Assembly (NCBI GenBank): GCA_964016885.1
Contig: OZ024745.1
Coordinates: forward strand, 26,846,001-26,910,000
Direction: 5' to 3'
DNA length: 64,000 bases
From: Eledone cirrhosa
Taxonomy: Eukaryota
Part shown: one piece after another, positions 1 through 13,799 of the stretch
Layout of the letters: each line of letters begins with the position of its first letter
How positions within the stretch are numbered: the first letter of the stretch is position 1
Notes under the pieces: model-generated
What the model was told of the DNA's origin: nothing
Databases searched by the model: none
The model's input: only the letters and a program-made list of their open reading frames with translations
Position numbers and translations under genes: made by a program

Positions 1-294
1 TAGTATTATTATCAATTAGAGAGTCAACTGTATTATTAGAATTTATCACTTTCTATGTATATTTAAATCAAATATTTTTTATTATTCAAATTTATACTAT
101 AGCTGCAATATTTTAAGAAGTTTTAAGAAGTTTTCTTGTCCTTTACTTTTCCAGGTGTAATAACTTGTCCTTTACTTTTCTAGGTTTATTAATTTAAGAA
201 TATTTCTTTACATGCACCCGCATTTTTCCCTGTAATATATATATGTATACATGTACATGTATATAAATGTTTATATACATATATATATATATAT

Positions 295-503
295 AACGAA
301 GGAAATGTGGTAAGGAACCAGATGGACCATAACGCACCAAAGTACTCAATACTTAGGGTAGTAGAGTGGGTAATAGGAACGAGTAGGACCCCTACGGCTC
401 AGCTCAAGCCGTTTCGACGGCTAATTCTGGACTAAAATTTTAGTCCAGAATTAGCCGTCGAAACGGCTTGAGCTGAGCCGTCGGGGTCCTACTCGTTCCT
501 ATT
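295..503. mobile_element. Asymmetric fold-back element, family A (probable PLE pLTR remnant) in (TA)n
   Basis: Palindrome 372-503 (66-bp arms, one mismatch, centre 437/438) plus an unpaired tail of about 77 bp. A homologous copy lies at 5006-5196. Confidence 0.7.
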
Positions 504-540
<37 letters not shown>

Positions 541-554
541 TGTGTGTGTGTGTG

Positions 555-617
<63 letters not shown>

Positions 618-1260
618 AAGGAAGTGTGATAGAGGAAGAAAGATATATATATATATATGTATGCACAAATATCCATAATCCACACCCAGACCGATACACA
701 TTGCAACTGTCTCTCTATCAGACATAAGCACACAGCCGGACTTACACATGTATAGATACCCGGCTCTCTATTCTATCATTCTTCCTTTCTTTCGCTAGAC
801 ATTTCTCTAACTCTTTCATATTTATATATTCATGTTGTCTATTATACTTTCTCACTTAATATTTGTCTTGTTTAAACGCTACATTATCAGCATGATGTGG
901 AAAATATTCCTTCAGCGTTGCCCAAATGATGTTGGAGTGACCTTTAAACGACACCCAAGGCTTGGGCCCCGTCTATCCGACCACAACAAAAATCAAACTC
1001 GCATCTCATAACAACAATACGGCTACAATTATTTCACCTCAATCGACCCCGTTGGTGGTGCTATTAAGTTACCCTGGACCAATACAGGCCAAACCTATCA
1101 AACTTACCAAAGTTATATATATATATACGCACACACACATATACACACAAACTTAGAAACCCTTCCTATTTAGCTGGAAAATTCGCTACGCACAAGTTAT
1201 ATGATGCATGTGACTTAATATTCAGTCACCAAATTTTAGTTAGATACAGTAATTTTGTCT

Positions 1261-1354
<94 letters not shown>

Positions 1355-1693
1355 CTCTCTCTCTCTCTATTTATCTATCTATCTCTCCCTCTTCCCCCCC
1401 CTCTCTCTCTCTTCCATGTTCCTTCTCTGTCTCCTTCTCTCTCTCTCAATGTCTTTTAATTTACTCTCTCACAACCACTATCTCTTTCTCTCTATCCTTC
1501 TCTCTATATATTTATAAAGGTACCCGGAAAAAGTCCAATCTCGGGAACCCGTGCTCCGATATACGCTAAACTTGTTTTATTCCATTTGTATTCCCATTTC
1601 AGGGGGACCTTCCTTTCAAAGTTTTTTCCGATTATTCACCCCTTTCGCTGTATTAAATTACAAGCAAAGACATAATCGCAGAGATTTAGTAGT

Positions 1694-1807
<114 letters not shown>

Positions 1808-1898
1808 GAATAGCTTTCACCGAATTTTTGACTAAAGGAATTTTAGCCTGATAATGGGGTTTAGAACCCTCAGATTTCAAACCTGCTCACTGTTTCAA

Positions 1899-1970
<72 letters not shown>

Positions 1971-2205
1971 TATATATATATAAATATATATATATATATT
2001 TCTTTTCTGAATTTGTTTAGTAAGATTCTTTATCTGAAATCGTGTGTTGAAACCGATATTGTTATACTTTGGGAGGGTCATGTTGCCAATAAGAAACACG
2101 CGCACCAGTTGCTTTCACTTCAATTTATTATATATTTATAAATTTACAAATTTATAAATTTCTGGTTCGTTGGTTGGTTCCACAACCAGATAGTTGTTTA
2201 TATAT

Positions 2206-2250
2206 AGTCATAGTTCTTTCGTCACACACTCTGTGACCTCTTCAGTGACT
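2206..2250 (-). ncRNA. Type I minimal hammerhead ribozyme motif in PLE 3' UTR
   Basis: Minus strand reads AGTCA-CTGAAGA-G-GTCAC(agagtgt)GTGAC-GAAA-gaac-TA-TGACT. Stems I and II pair perfectly and the core is intact. Confidence 0.8.
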
Positions 2251-2450
2251 GGGGATTCCTTTCTTTGTTTCTGTGCCTCTCCTTTGTTCTTTCCTACGCC
2301 ATTTTGTTTCTGTGTGTGTGTTGTGTGCTCAGTCTGCGCATGCGCCACATCCGGGTGTCTGTGTGTGTTTATGTTCATATATCTATTTGTTTATTTACAT
2401 GTTACTGGTTGGTTGTTTGTTCTATGTGTGTGTGTGTTTTCATTTTGTCC

Positions 2451-2990
2451 TTAATTGTAAGTTGTGATGTTGCTGTTCCACTCATATTTTCTATTTAATT
2501 TTGGTTGTAATTCTTTTATGTTTATTGCCTCTGTAATTTGTCTAAACATTGCGTCTTTTCTGTGTGTAGATTCTATTTTTATTTCTATGTTCTCTAATTT
2601 ACCCTTGTGTTCTATCTTAGCATGTTGGTAGAGTACAGATGATTCTTTATTATCTTGAAGGTCTCGCCAGTGTTCATTTATCCGTTCCCCTACACTACGA
2701 GCTGTCTCACCTATGTACACTATATTTTTGTCTCTACATTGTCCTTCAGTACATCTTATGCTATACACTACATTTCTAGTTTTACAGTTAATATGGGGGC
2801 TTATTTTACAGGTTACACATTTCTTATCTATACATGAGGGTCTTTGAAAAGGGTATGTCTTGCTAATAAGTGTTTTTACGGAGGTACCTGGTCTTTCTAC
2901 TATCTTAATATTGAGTTTATGTTTATTTAGGGCCCTTCTAAATTTGTAAGCTAGTTCACCTCTAGGGGTTGTATCGATGAACATTACACT
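2451..2990 (-). mobile_element. Penelope-like retroelement 3' fragment: Cys-rich linker plus GIY-YIG endonuclease with CCHH (Neptune/Nematis-like), 5'-truncated
   Basis: The ORF reads SVMFIDTTP...CIDKKCVTC...C..NVVYSIRC....C....YIGETARSVGERINEH...LYQHAKIEH...EAINIK...LNRK. This is the VY/YIG motif with catalytic R, E and N and the CCHH zinc ligands of PLE endonucleases. An HHR lies about 200 bp downstream. Confidence 0.9.
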
Positions 2991-3294
2991 CTGTTCAAGT
3001 CAACTAAAACAAGAAGTACACATATACACACACCCTACATACGTACGAACCTGCATACTCACACAGACGCAAAACTCCCGTATACACATAGCCAAACCAT
3101 ATGTACCAGAATAAAATAAAAATTATACGCCATAACATAAACAATCAAATATACGTACGAGAAGGTATACGTACCTTCACAAAACATACAGGTAATATAT
3201 ACTTACCTATGCAAATAAGTAATGGTATAAACAAAACATAAACTTAGCTCCCACATCAAGACGTAAAATATCCACGTATAGATCGTACTATCCG

Positions 3295-3906
3295 TTAGGG
3301 TATAAACGTGGGGCTGTAATACAGGAAAGTTTTGTGCAATTTATGTTTACAAGCCGAAATTGCCTCAGATTTTTTGTTGAAGATGTGGTCTGTGGCGTAG
3401 AGTATTTCCAGGGCCTCAGCGGCGCAGAGGTCACATGGTCTTTTATTTCCGTTATACGATCTAACCTTAGCTAGGATCTCCCAGTGTAAATTATATAGGG
3501 TGCGGTTGTCTTTTAGACTCCAGATATAAGCTGAAAGTGACGCCATATTACTTCTTAGAGGGTAACGAAAAGAATAGGTATGCGTGTAAAGACGCTGCTT
3601 GAATCTATTGGCGGTTAACCCTATGTAGGCCCTACGGGACGTGGGTGTTACAACCTTACATTTGTAGACAAAGTTACTAGAGAGGCATTTCCCGGAAAGG
3701 GGGCAATCAACCCGATTCCTACAATTACAGTTAGTACTAACTACAGGGTTGCACGTGTTCCTACGGCTAGGTAGTTTAGCTAAATTTGAAGCTGTGATGT
3801 TATGTGCAAGGTTAGGAGTCGTAGAGTAAGAAATTTTAATAGTATTTCTATTAAAAATTTTACTATATTTATGTGTAGGGGGGAAATGCTTCGTAATAAG
3901 GGAAAT
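3295..3906 (-). mobile_element. Second Penelope-like 3' fragment (Hydra-like C-terminal GIY-YIG without CCHH), 5'-truncated
   Basis: Manual translation shows the frame is open from about 3906 (the track starts at an internal Met): KHFPPTHKYSKIFNRNTIKISYS...CNCRNRVDCPLSGKC...FVYKC...AYIGLTANRFKQR..H...LSAYIWSLK...W.I...CDLCAAE...NKKSE...CKH. The clade assignment is from recalled motifs. Confidence 0.85.
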
Positions 3907-4059
3907 CCTTATCGAGCCCTCTTTGGATTTTAGTCTTGAAATTTATTATTATTATTACTATATATATATATATATATATATAATCACATATTTTTTCAAT
4001 CACATATTTTTTTATTTGTTTGACCTGAATTACTTGGTCGTTCCTATGGTCTTGCGGAT

Positions 4060-4170
4060 GACGGTTTAATCATCTTCTCAGTGTCTTTGGCCTTTAACGT
4101 ATGTTGTAGCTCTGAAAGTTGTTTTTCGCTAATTGAAAAGCCGAAATATGATTCTCGCTAATTTATATTT
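4060..4170. repeat. Dispersed (TA)n-associated family D (second copy about 5487-5630)
   Basis: Both copies share ctcagtgt.tttggc..ttaacgtatgttgtagctctg...ttgtttttcg...gccgaaata.gattctcg.taatttatattt, ending in (TA)n. Confidence 0.6.
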
Positions 4171-4186
4171 ATATATATATATGAAT

Positions 4187-4390
4187 GAAAAATGGCGTGC
4201 TGCGTTGTTGCGAATATGAACATATGAATAAAAATAGAGCGAGAAACAAGAATGACCTTCATCAGTATCCTGTTGATTATCGTTGGTATTTCTTCGCATT
4301 GGGTATCTAGTCTTTAATGCGAAGAAATACCAACGAAAATCATCAGGCTACTGATGAAGGACATTCGTGTTTCTCGGTCTATTTTTATTC

Positions 4391-4393
<3 letters not shown>
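4187..4393. mobile_element. Asymmetric fold-back element, family C
   Basis: Inverted arms at about 4222-4300 and 4317-4393. Homologous to 5678-5896 and 56593-57480; flanked by (TA)n. Confidence 0.7.
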
Positions 4394-4445
<52 letters not shown>

Positions 4446-4672
4446 TAACAGATTAAAGTTTAATCAAAGAATCGCTGCTTTGGGATTTTAGTCTTCAAAT
4501 TTATTATTATTGCTATATATATATATATTACACAAGTATCAAAGTTATGTTTAAATCATTTGTGTATATTATATACATAACTATAAATAGTAACTTTAAT
4601 ATTATTAACTGGTTGATAGTGTTGTTTATAGTTGTTTATAGTATAGTATATACATAACTTTAAATAGTATCT

Positions 4673-4770
<98 letters not shown>

Positions 4771-4909
4771 AAAAAGATGGAATCGAAAATGCAACTTGAG
4801 TCATATTTTTAAAAATATATATATATATATTTGGTTCCTTTACCGGTTTCGCAGTTCTTGTGATTTTCAAAAGTAGAGTTGAGATGGAGGGTCTGTGGTT
4901 TTTCTCACA

Positions 4910-5005
<96 letters not shown>

Positions 5006-5007
<2 letters not shown>

Positions 5008-5196
5008 AAAAGTATGACCCCGACGGCAGAGCTCAAGCCGTTTCGAAGGCTAGTTCAGTCCAGAAATAGCCGTTGAAACGGCTTGAGCTCTGCCGTCGGA
5101 GTCATACTTTTTCCATTTTCCAACTCTACTACCCTAAGTATTGAGTACTCTGGTGCGTTATGGTCCATCTGGTTCCTTACCACAATTCCTTTGTTA
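5006..5196. mobile_element. Asymmetric fold-back element, family A, opposite orientation
   Basis: Inverted arms around 5055 and the tail ...ggttccttaccacaattcctttgtta, matching the reverse complement of 295-371. Flanked by (TA)n. Confidence 0.7.
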
Positions 5197-5219
5197 TATA
5201 TATATGTATATATATGCGC

Positions 5220-5263
<44 letters not shown>

Positions 5264-5632
5264 TATGAATGTATGTATATATACCTGCGCAGGATATGTT
5301 TATATATATATATTTAAAAAAGGGATTCCAACTTTGTCTGATTTACTCGTTTTATTTACAATCCTTTAAAATTATAATGATATTATAATGAAATAGTATG
5401 GTAGAATATTAACTGTTAAATGTTAATTGAACAACTACTTTCATGTTTTCGCAATCTTCAGGTTCATATTCAGTGGTGACAGTCAATGTTTAACCATCGT
5501 CTCAGTGTGTTTGGCTGTTAACGTATGTTGTAGCTCTGGTTCATCTGAATCATTGAGCACTTGACACACATCTCGGAGATTGTTTTTCGTTATTTCAATG
5601 GCCGAAATACGATTCTCGATAATTTATATTTG

Positions 5633-5677
<45 letters not shown>

Positions 5678-5681
<4 letters not shown>

Positions 5682-5894
5682 AAATGGGGAGAAGAATACT
5701 GCATGGTATACATGTTATAAAATGAGTCCCTCATCAGTGATTTACCAACGGTCATAGGTATTTCATTGCATTAAAAATCATATACCTCACGTTGGCGCAA
5801 TAATAACTAAAATAAGTTATTAGGACAATTAAAACGCGTAAAGCGAGTGAGACAAGTAAACAACACAGAGGAAAGCTAACCGAAGATAGGGAGC

Positions 5895-5896
<2 letters not shown>
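5678..5896 (-). mobile_element. Family C diverged single-arm copy
   Basis: Colinear similarity to 56593-56830 (gaaaaatgg...tcatcagtga...aataactaaaa...taaacaacacagag). Flanked by (TA)n. Confidence 0.65.
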
Positions 5897-5956
<60 letters not shown>

Positions 5957-5984
5957 GCTCATACACACACATCACACTGAGAAG

Positions 5985-6037
<53 letters not shown>

Positions 6038-6041
<4 letters not shown>

Positions 6042-6425
6042 AGTTATATTTAAATTGTTGGGTTAACAACGAGTAAATATTTATAACTGATATAAAAGCA
6101 CTCAACAAGTATTTGGAGTATATTTATGATATTAAATAAATGGAAACTATATTTATAAAACCATATTTATTTCGTTATATATATTTCAAGGATATCATAT
6201 TAACAATATGTTATGCCTTCTTCAGACAAAATACAATATAAACAGTCTTATAAATCAACCTCCAAATGCAAGGTGATTGAAAGGTATGTCGTATCTATTT
6301 ATTTATAAGACTGTTTATATTGTATTTTGTCTGAAGAAGGCATAACATATTGTTAATATGATATCCTTGAAATATATATAACGAAATAAATATGGTTTTA
6401 TAAATATAGTTTCCATTTATTTAAT

Positions 6426-6430
<5 letters not shown>
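6038..6430. mobile_element. Asymmetric fold-back element with HHR
   Basis: 130-bp inverted arms 6126-6255 and 6301-6430 plus a tail of about 88 bp, with (TA)n on both sides. Confidence 0.75.
6323..6388 (+). ncRNA. Type I hammerhead motif (inverted copy at about 6168-6233 on minus)
   Basis: TATTTTGT-CTGAAGA-AGG...CCTT-GAAA-TATATA-TA-ACGAAATA, with a self-complementary stem III. Confidence 0.6.
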
Positions 6431-6504
<74 letters not shown>

Positions 6505-6712
6505 AGAGAGAGAGAGAGATAGCTATAAAGAGAGAGGGGGAGAGAAAGCGAGAGAGAGGGGGAGATGGTGAAAGAGGAAGGAAAGGGAGGTCTTCTGAAT
6601 CTTCTGAACAGTCACGTTGATAAAGCAACAAAGAATACGACTGATCCACACGGATTCATGTCTCCTTTCGTAAATTATAAAGCAATATAACCATAATGCA
6701 CACACACACACA

Positions 6713-6751
<39 letters not shown>

Positions 6752-6764
6752 TTTTGTGAGTGGG

Positions 6765-6795
<31 letters not shown>

Positions 6796-7489
6796 CTGTA
6801 TATGTGTGTGTATAAATACATGTATGTATACATGTATGTATACATGTATGTATACATGTATGTATGTATGTATACATGTATATATTTGTTTGTTTGGAAG
6901 AGTTATCGGAATGGTCCAGAGTTGTTGTTGAATGAGGCTATAGGCAAATGATGCTTCTGTCGACATGTCAAACTCTTCTGCTCTATGGTGTCAACTCCTC
7001 GTTTATTTGTCTTCTCTCGGTAAGAACTTCTCCAATCTCCAGCCAGCAGAAACCTTTTTCCTTCCTATCTTTCTACATCAGTAAAGCGGATGTTGATAGC
7101 AACAATAAATAACTACATACACATACATAGTGGCTGCCACTGATGTCACCGCCACCACCGTCACTAACGCTACTAGCCCTACCGCCAACACCATCACCAC
7201 TACATACAATTACAATCACAATAACAACAGCAACAACAACAAATACACATACTCCACAGCTACTTTCAATACTGTACAATGACAACAAAACAAACACCAT
7301 CACCAACATTCGCCACTATCACTAACATCAGTAAATCTACAACCAATACCACTGCATGCAACAACAACAACTACAACAACATCACAACAACACAGAATCT
7401 ACTGCTGCATACAACAACTACAATGACAACAACAAGCAAAAAAATACATTACCAACTCCGTCATCAACAGTGCAAACAACACCACTAAC

Positions 7490-10140
7490 AACAATACTAA
7501 CCATTAGCCATACCACCACCACCACCACCACCAACACCATTAATACATAACAGCAACAACGCCATACCCCACACCACCACCAACAACAATACTAACCATT
7601 AGCCATCCCACCACCACCACCACCACCAACACCATTAATACATAACAGCAACAACGCCATACCCCACACCACCACCAACAACAATACTAACCATTAGCCA
7701 TCCCACCACCACCACCACCACCACCAACACCATTAATACATAACAGCAACAACGCACTACCCCACACCACCACCAACAGCAATACTAACCATTAGCCATA
7801 CCACCACCACCACCACCAACACCATTAATACATAACAACAACAACACCATACCCCACACCACCACCAACAGTAATACTAACCATTAGCCATACCACCATC
7901 ACCACCACCAACACCATTAATACATAACAACAACAACACCATACCCCACACCACCACCAACAACAATACTAACCATTAGCCATACCACCACCACCACCAC
8001 CACCACCAACACCATTAATACATAACAACAACAACACCATACCCCACACCACCACCAACAGCAATACTAACCATTAGCCATACCACCACCACCACCACCA
8101 ACACCATTAATACATAACAACAACAACACCATACCCCACACCACCACCAACTGCAATACTAACCATTAGCCATCCCATCACCACCACCAACACCATTAAT
8201 ACATAACAACAACAACACCATACCCCACACCACCACCAACAACAATACTAACCATTAGCCATACCACCACCACCACCACCACCACCAACACCATTAATAC
8301 ATAACAACAACAACACCATACCCCACACCACCACCAACAGCAATACTAACCATTAGCCATACCACCACCACCACCACCAACACCATTAATACATAACAAC
8401 AACAACACCATAACCCACACCACCACCAACAGCAATACTAACCATTAGCCATACCACCACCACCACCACCACCAACACCATTAATACATAACAACAACAA
8501 CACCATACCCCACACCACCACCAACAGCAATACTAACCATTAGCCACACCACCACCACCAACACCATTAATACATAACAACAACAACACCATACCCCACA
8601 CCACCACCAACTGCAATACTAACCATTAGCCATACCACCACCACCACCACCACCAACACCATTAATACATAACAACAACAACACCATACCCCACACCACC
8701 ACCAACAACAATACTAAACATTAGCCATACCACCACCACCACCACCAACAACACCATTAATACATAACAACAACACCATACCCCACACCACCACCAACAG
8801 CAATACTAACCATTAGCCATACCACCACCACCACCACCAACACCATTAATACATAACAACAACAACACCATACCCCACACCACCACCAACAACAATACTA
8901 ACCATTAGCCATACCACCACCACCAACACCAACACCATTAATACATAACAACAACACCATACCCCACACCACCACCAACAACAATACTAAACATTAGCCA
9001 TACCACCACCACCACCACCAACACCATTAATACATAACAACAACACCATACCCCACACCACCACCAACAACAATACTAACCATTAGCCATCCCACCACCA
9101 CCACCACCACCACCACCAACACCATTAATACATAACAACAACAACACCATACCCCACACCACCACCAACTGCAATACTAACCATTAGCCATACCACCACC
9201 ACCACCACCACCAACACCATTAATACATAACAACAACAACACCATACCCCACACCACCACCAACAACAATACTAACCATTAGCCATACCACCACCACCAA
9301 CACCATTAATACATAACAACAACAACACCATACCCCACACCACCACCAACAGCAATACTAACCATTAGCTATACCACCACCACCACCACCAACACCATTA
9401 ATACATAACAGCAACAACACCATAACCCACACCACCACCAACTGCAATACTAACCATTAGCCATACCACCACCACCACCACCAACACCATTAATACATAA
9501 CAGCAACAACACCATAACCCACACCACCACCAACAGCAATACTGACCATTAGCCATACCACCACCACCACCACCAACACCATTAATACATAACAGCAACA
9601 ACACCATACCCCACACCACCACCAACAGCAATACTAACCATTAGCCACACCACCACCACCAACACCATTAATACATAACAACAACAACACCATACCCCAC
9701 ACCACCACCAACAGCAATACTAACCATTAGCCATCCCACCACCACCACCACCACCACCACCATTAATACATAACAACAACAACACCATAACCCACACCAC
9801 CACCAACAACAATACTAACCATTAGCCATACCACCACCACCACCACCAACACCATTAATATATAACAACAACACCATAACCCACACCACCACCAACAACA
9901 ATACTAACCATTAGCCATACCACCACCACCAACACCATTAATACATAACAACAACACCATACCCCACACCACCACCAACAACAATACTAACCATTAGCCA
10001 TACCACCACCACCACCACCACCACCACCACCATTAATACATAACAACAATAACACCATAACCCACAACACCACCAACAGCAATACTAACCATTAGCCATA
10101 CCACCACCACCAACAACAATACTAACCATTAGCCATACCG
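7490..10140. repeat. Minisatellite of about 90-95 bp, roughly 28 copies, with variable (CCA)n/(CAA)n
   Basis: Unit aatactaaccattagccata(cca)n-acaccattaatacataa(caa)n-caccataccccacaccaccaccaacagc. Confidence 0.95.
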
Positions 10141-10279
10141 CCACCACCACCAATAACTATGCCAACAATGAGTGAAGGAGGGACGCTCTACACAATTACT
10201 TGAGCTGCTAGAAATAGAAGCCAAATCGACTTCAATTAACCCTCAACTGATGAAAATGAGGGAGAGCACGCATTAAATA

Positions 10280-10677
10280 ATGGTTTCTGATTTAGGCACA
10301 AGGCCTGTGCGAAAAGTCGATTAACTCGACCTCAGTGCATTACTGGTACTTTATTGTATCGAACCTGTAAGGACGAAAGACAAAGCTAACCGCGGTGGGA
10401 TTTGAACTCAGACGTAAAGGGATGTATCTTTATGCCAAAGGACATGATTCTTAATGCTGAAACGTGATTTGATCGTATGTCTGCTCGATCAGGGCCAAAT
10501 TGTCGTTAAGCAACAACAACGACAATGACACCAGCAATAACGACAGCAACATCCCCATTCTGAGTTCAAATCCCGCCGAGGTTAACTTTGCCTTTCATCC
10601 TTACGGGGTCGATAAAATAAAGTACCAGTAATACACTGGATTAATTGCTGGCCTTGTGCCAAAAGTAGAAACAATTA
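10280..10677. mobile_element. Older SINE-1-related copy (-, about 10280-10415) and 5'-truncated SINE-1 (+, 10558-10677)
   Basis: The central domain and B box are recognisable in both. Confidence 0.75.
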
Positions 10678-10899
10678 GTGCCGTTGCCTACTCTTTTACT
10701 GCCTAACGTCTTCTGCCGATAGGCTGTGGCCATGCTGGGGCACCTACAAAAACAGCTCCATCAACACCACAAGAATAGCAACAATATATATACTTACAAA
10801 AATAACAACAACAACCTCTAACACCACTGACACTACTTCCTACACAAAATACTAACACTCTTATCATTTATCAATAACAATCATAATAAAGAAAACGTC

Positions 10900-11580
10900 A
10901 ACACCACCACCACCACTACCACCACCACCACCACAACCACCACCCACTACCACCACCACCACTACCCACTAGCTTCACCACTATCACTACCACCACCACG
11001 ACCACCACTACTATCATCCGCTTCCACCACCACCACCACCACTACCACCACCCATTACCACCACCACCAACAACACCCACTAGCTTCACCACCATCACTG
11101 CCACCACCACGACCACCATCACCACTATCATCCGCTACCGCCACCAACACTACCACCACCACCCACTACCACCACCACCACCACTACCACCAATACCATC
11201 ACAACCACCTACTAGCATCACCACCACCACCACCACTACCACCACCCACTACCACCACCCACTACCACCAATACCACTACCACCCACTACCACAACCACC
11301 AATACCACCACCACCCACTACCACCACCACCACCACTACCACCACCCACTACCACCACCACCACCAATACCACCACCCACTACCACCAATACCCACTACC
11401 ACCAATACCACCACCACTCACTACCACAACCACCACCCACTATCAGCACCATCACTACCACCACCACCCACTATCACCACCATCACTTCCACCACCACCA
11501 CCACTACTACCAATACCACCAATACCACCACCACCAGCCATTATCACCACCACCACCACCACCACCACCACCACACCACA
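10900..11580. repeat. Degenerate (CCA/CTA)n low-complexity tract
   Basis: Directly visible in the sequence. Confidence 0.9.
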
Positions 11581-11607
11581 CTAACATTACCAACCACCCC
11601 AACAATA

Positions 11608-11790
11608 GTAAACGAGGAAGCCTCTACGCGATCGCTCGATATACTAAAAGTAGCAGTCATATCTTACTCAAATCATATCGATTATAAAATGACACATTGA
11701 ATAATCTTGTCCTGAATCTCCTGCACCATAATATAAAGATATGATGGCCATGGTTGGATTGTCTTCGATCAAGACTGTTACTGAACAGAG
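11608..11790 (+). repeat. Dispersed degenerate repeat (also about 10175-10260, 17350-17540 -, 49140-49215 -, 49590-49710 -)
   Basis: Shared pattern gaggaagcctct...ctagaaatagcagccaaatc...tcaaatca. Confidence 0.55.
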
Positions 11791-13717
11791 ACCACCCCGT
11801 CAACCACAACCATCCCGTCAACCACAACCACCCCGTCAACCACAACCATCCCGTCAACCACAACCATCCCGTCAACCACAACCACCCCGTCAACCACAAC
11901 CACCCCGTCAACCACAACTATCTCGTCAACCACAACCACCCCGTCAACCACAACATCCCCGTCAACCACAACTAACCCGTCAACCACAACCATCCCGTCA
12001 ACCACAACCATCCCGTCAACCACAACCATCCCGTCAACCACAACCATCCCGTCAACCACACCATCCCGTCAACCACAACCATCCCGTTCAACCACAACAT
12101 CCCCGTCAACCACAACCATCCCGTCAACCACAACCATCCCATCAAGCACAACCATCCCGTCAACCACAACCATCCCGTCAACCACACCATCCCGTCAACC
12201 ACAACCATCCCGTCAACCACAACCACCCCGTCAACCACACCATCCCGTCAATCACAACCACCCCGTCAACCACACCATCCCGTCAACCACACCATCCCGT
12301 CAACCACAACCACCCCGTCAAACACAACCATCCCGTCAACCACAACCATCCCGTCAACCACAACATCCCCGTCAACCACAACCATCCCGTCAACCACAAC
12401 CATCCCGTCAACCACAACCATCCTGTCAACCACAACCATCCTGTCAACCACAACCACCCCGTCAAACACAACCATCCCGTCAACCACAACCATCCCGTCA
12501 ACCACAACATCCCCGTCAACCACAACCATCCCGTCAACCACAACCATCCCGTCAACCACAACTATCCCGTCAACCACAACCATCCCGTCAACCACAACCA
12601 TCCCGTCAACCACAACCACCCCGTCAACCACAACCATCCCGTCAACCACAACCATCCCGTCAACCACAACCATCCTGTCAACCACAACCATCCTGTCAAC
12701 CACAACCATCCCGTCAACCACAACCATCCCGTCAACCACAACCATCCTGTCAACCACAACCATCCCGTCAACCACAACCATCCCGTCAACCACAACCATC
12801 CTGTCAACCACAACCATCCTGTCAACCACAACCACCCTATCAAACACAACCATCCCGTCAACCACAACCATCCCGTCAACCACAACATCCCCGTCAACCA
12901 CAACCATCCCGTCAACCACAACATCCCCGTCAACCACAACCATCCCGTCAACCACAACCATCCTGTCAACCACAACCATCCTGTCAACCACAACCACCCC
13001 GTCAAACACAACCATCCCGTCAACCACAACCATCCCGTCAACCACAACATCCCCGTCAGCCACAACCATCCCGTCAACCACAACCATCCCGTCAACCACA
13101 ACTATCCCGTCAACCACAACCATCCCGTCAACCACAACCATCCCGTCAACCACAACCACCCCGTCAACCACAACCATCCCGTCAACCACAACCATCCCGT
13201 CAACCACAACCATCCTGTCAACCACAACCATCCTGTCAACCACAACCATCCCGTCAACCACAACCATCCCGTCAACCACAACCATCCTGTCAACCACAAC
13301 CATCCTGTCAACCACAACCATCCCGTCAACCACAACCATCCCGTCAACCACAACCATCCTGTCAACCACAACCATCCTGTCAACCACAACCACCCTATCA
13401 AACACAACCATCCCGTCAACCACAACCATCCCGTCAACCACAACATCCCCGTCAACCACAACCATCCCGTCAACCACAACATCCCCGTCAACCACAACCA
13501 TCCCGTCAACCACAACCATCCCGTCAACCACAACCACCCCGTCAAACACAACCATCCCGTCAACCACAACCATCCCGTCAACCACAACCATCCCGTCAAC
13601 CAAAACCATCCCGTCAACCACAACCATCCCGTCAACCACAACCATCCCGTCAACCACAACCATCCCGTCAACCACAACCATCCCGTCAACCACACCCATC
13701 CCGTCAACCACAACCAC
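11791..13717. repeat. 18-bp minisatellite (CCCGTCAACCACAACCAT), about 107 units
   Basis: Directly visible; it generates the PVNHNH and RQPQPS ORFs in the track. Confidence 0.97.
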
Positions 13718-13799
13718 CGTCATCATACCATCCACTACGAAGCTTCTACGATACGATAAGAACCACCACTGCTGTCACTACCACCACCACTCCCGCCAC

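Noticed and set aside
1848-1880. CTGATAA-tgggg..accct hammerhead-like start
   Set aside because: The core is mutated and no GAAA or stem I partner follows.
6895-7100. Possible host exon in a complex-sequence island
   Set aside because: Stops occur in the frames examined, and there is no recognisable protein or supportable splice pair.
7490-10140. Regularly spaced repeat array superficially like CRISPR
   Set aside because: Inter-repeat segments are not unique spacers, the context is eukaryotic, and there are no cas genes.
11741-13759. 672-aa ORF with PVNHNH/RQPQPS repeats
   Set aside because: It is the translation of an 18-bp minisatellite that is open in several frames on both strands and shifts phase internally.
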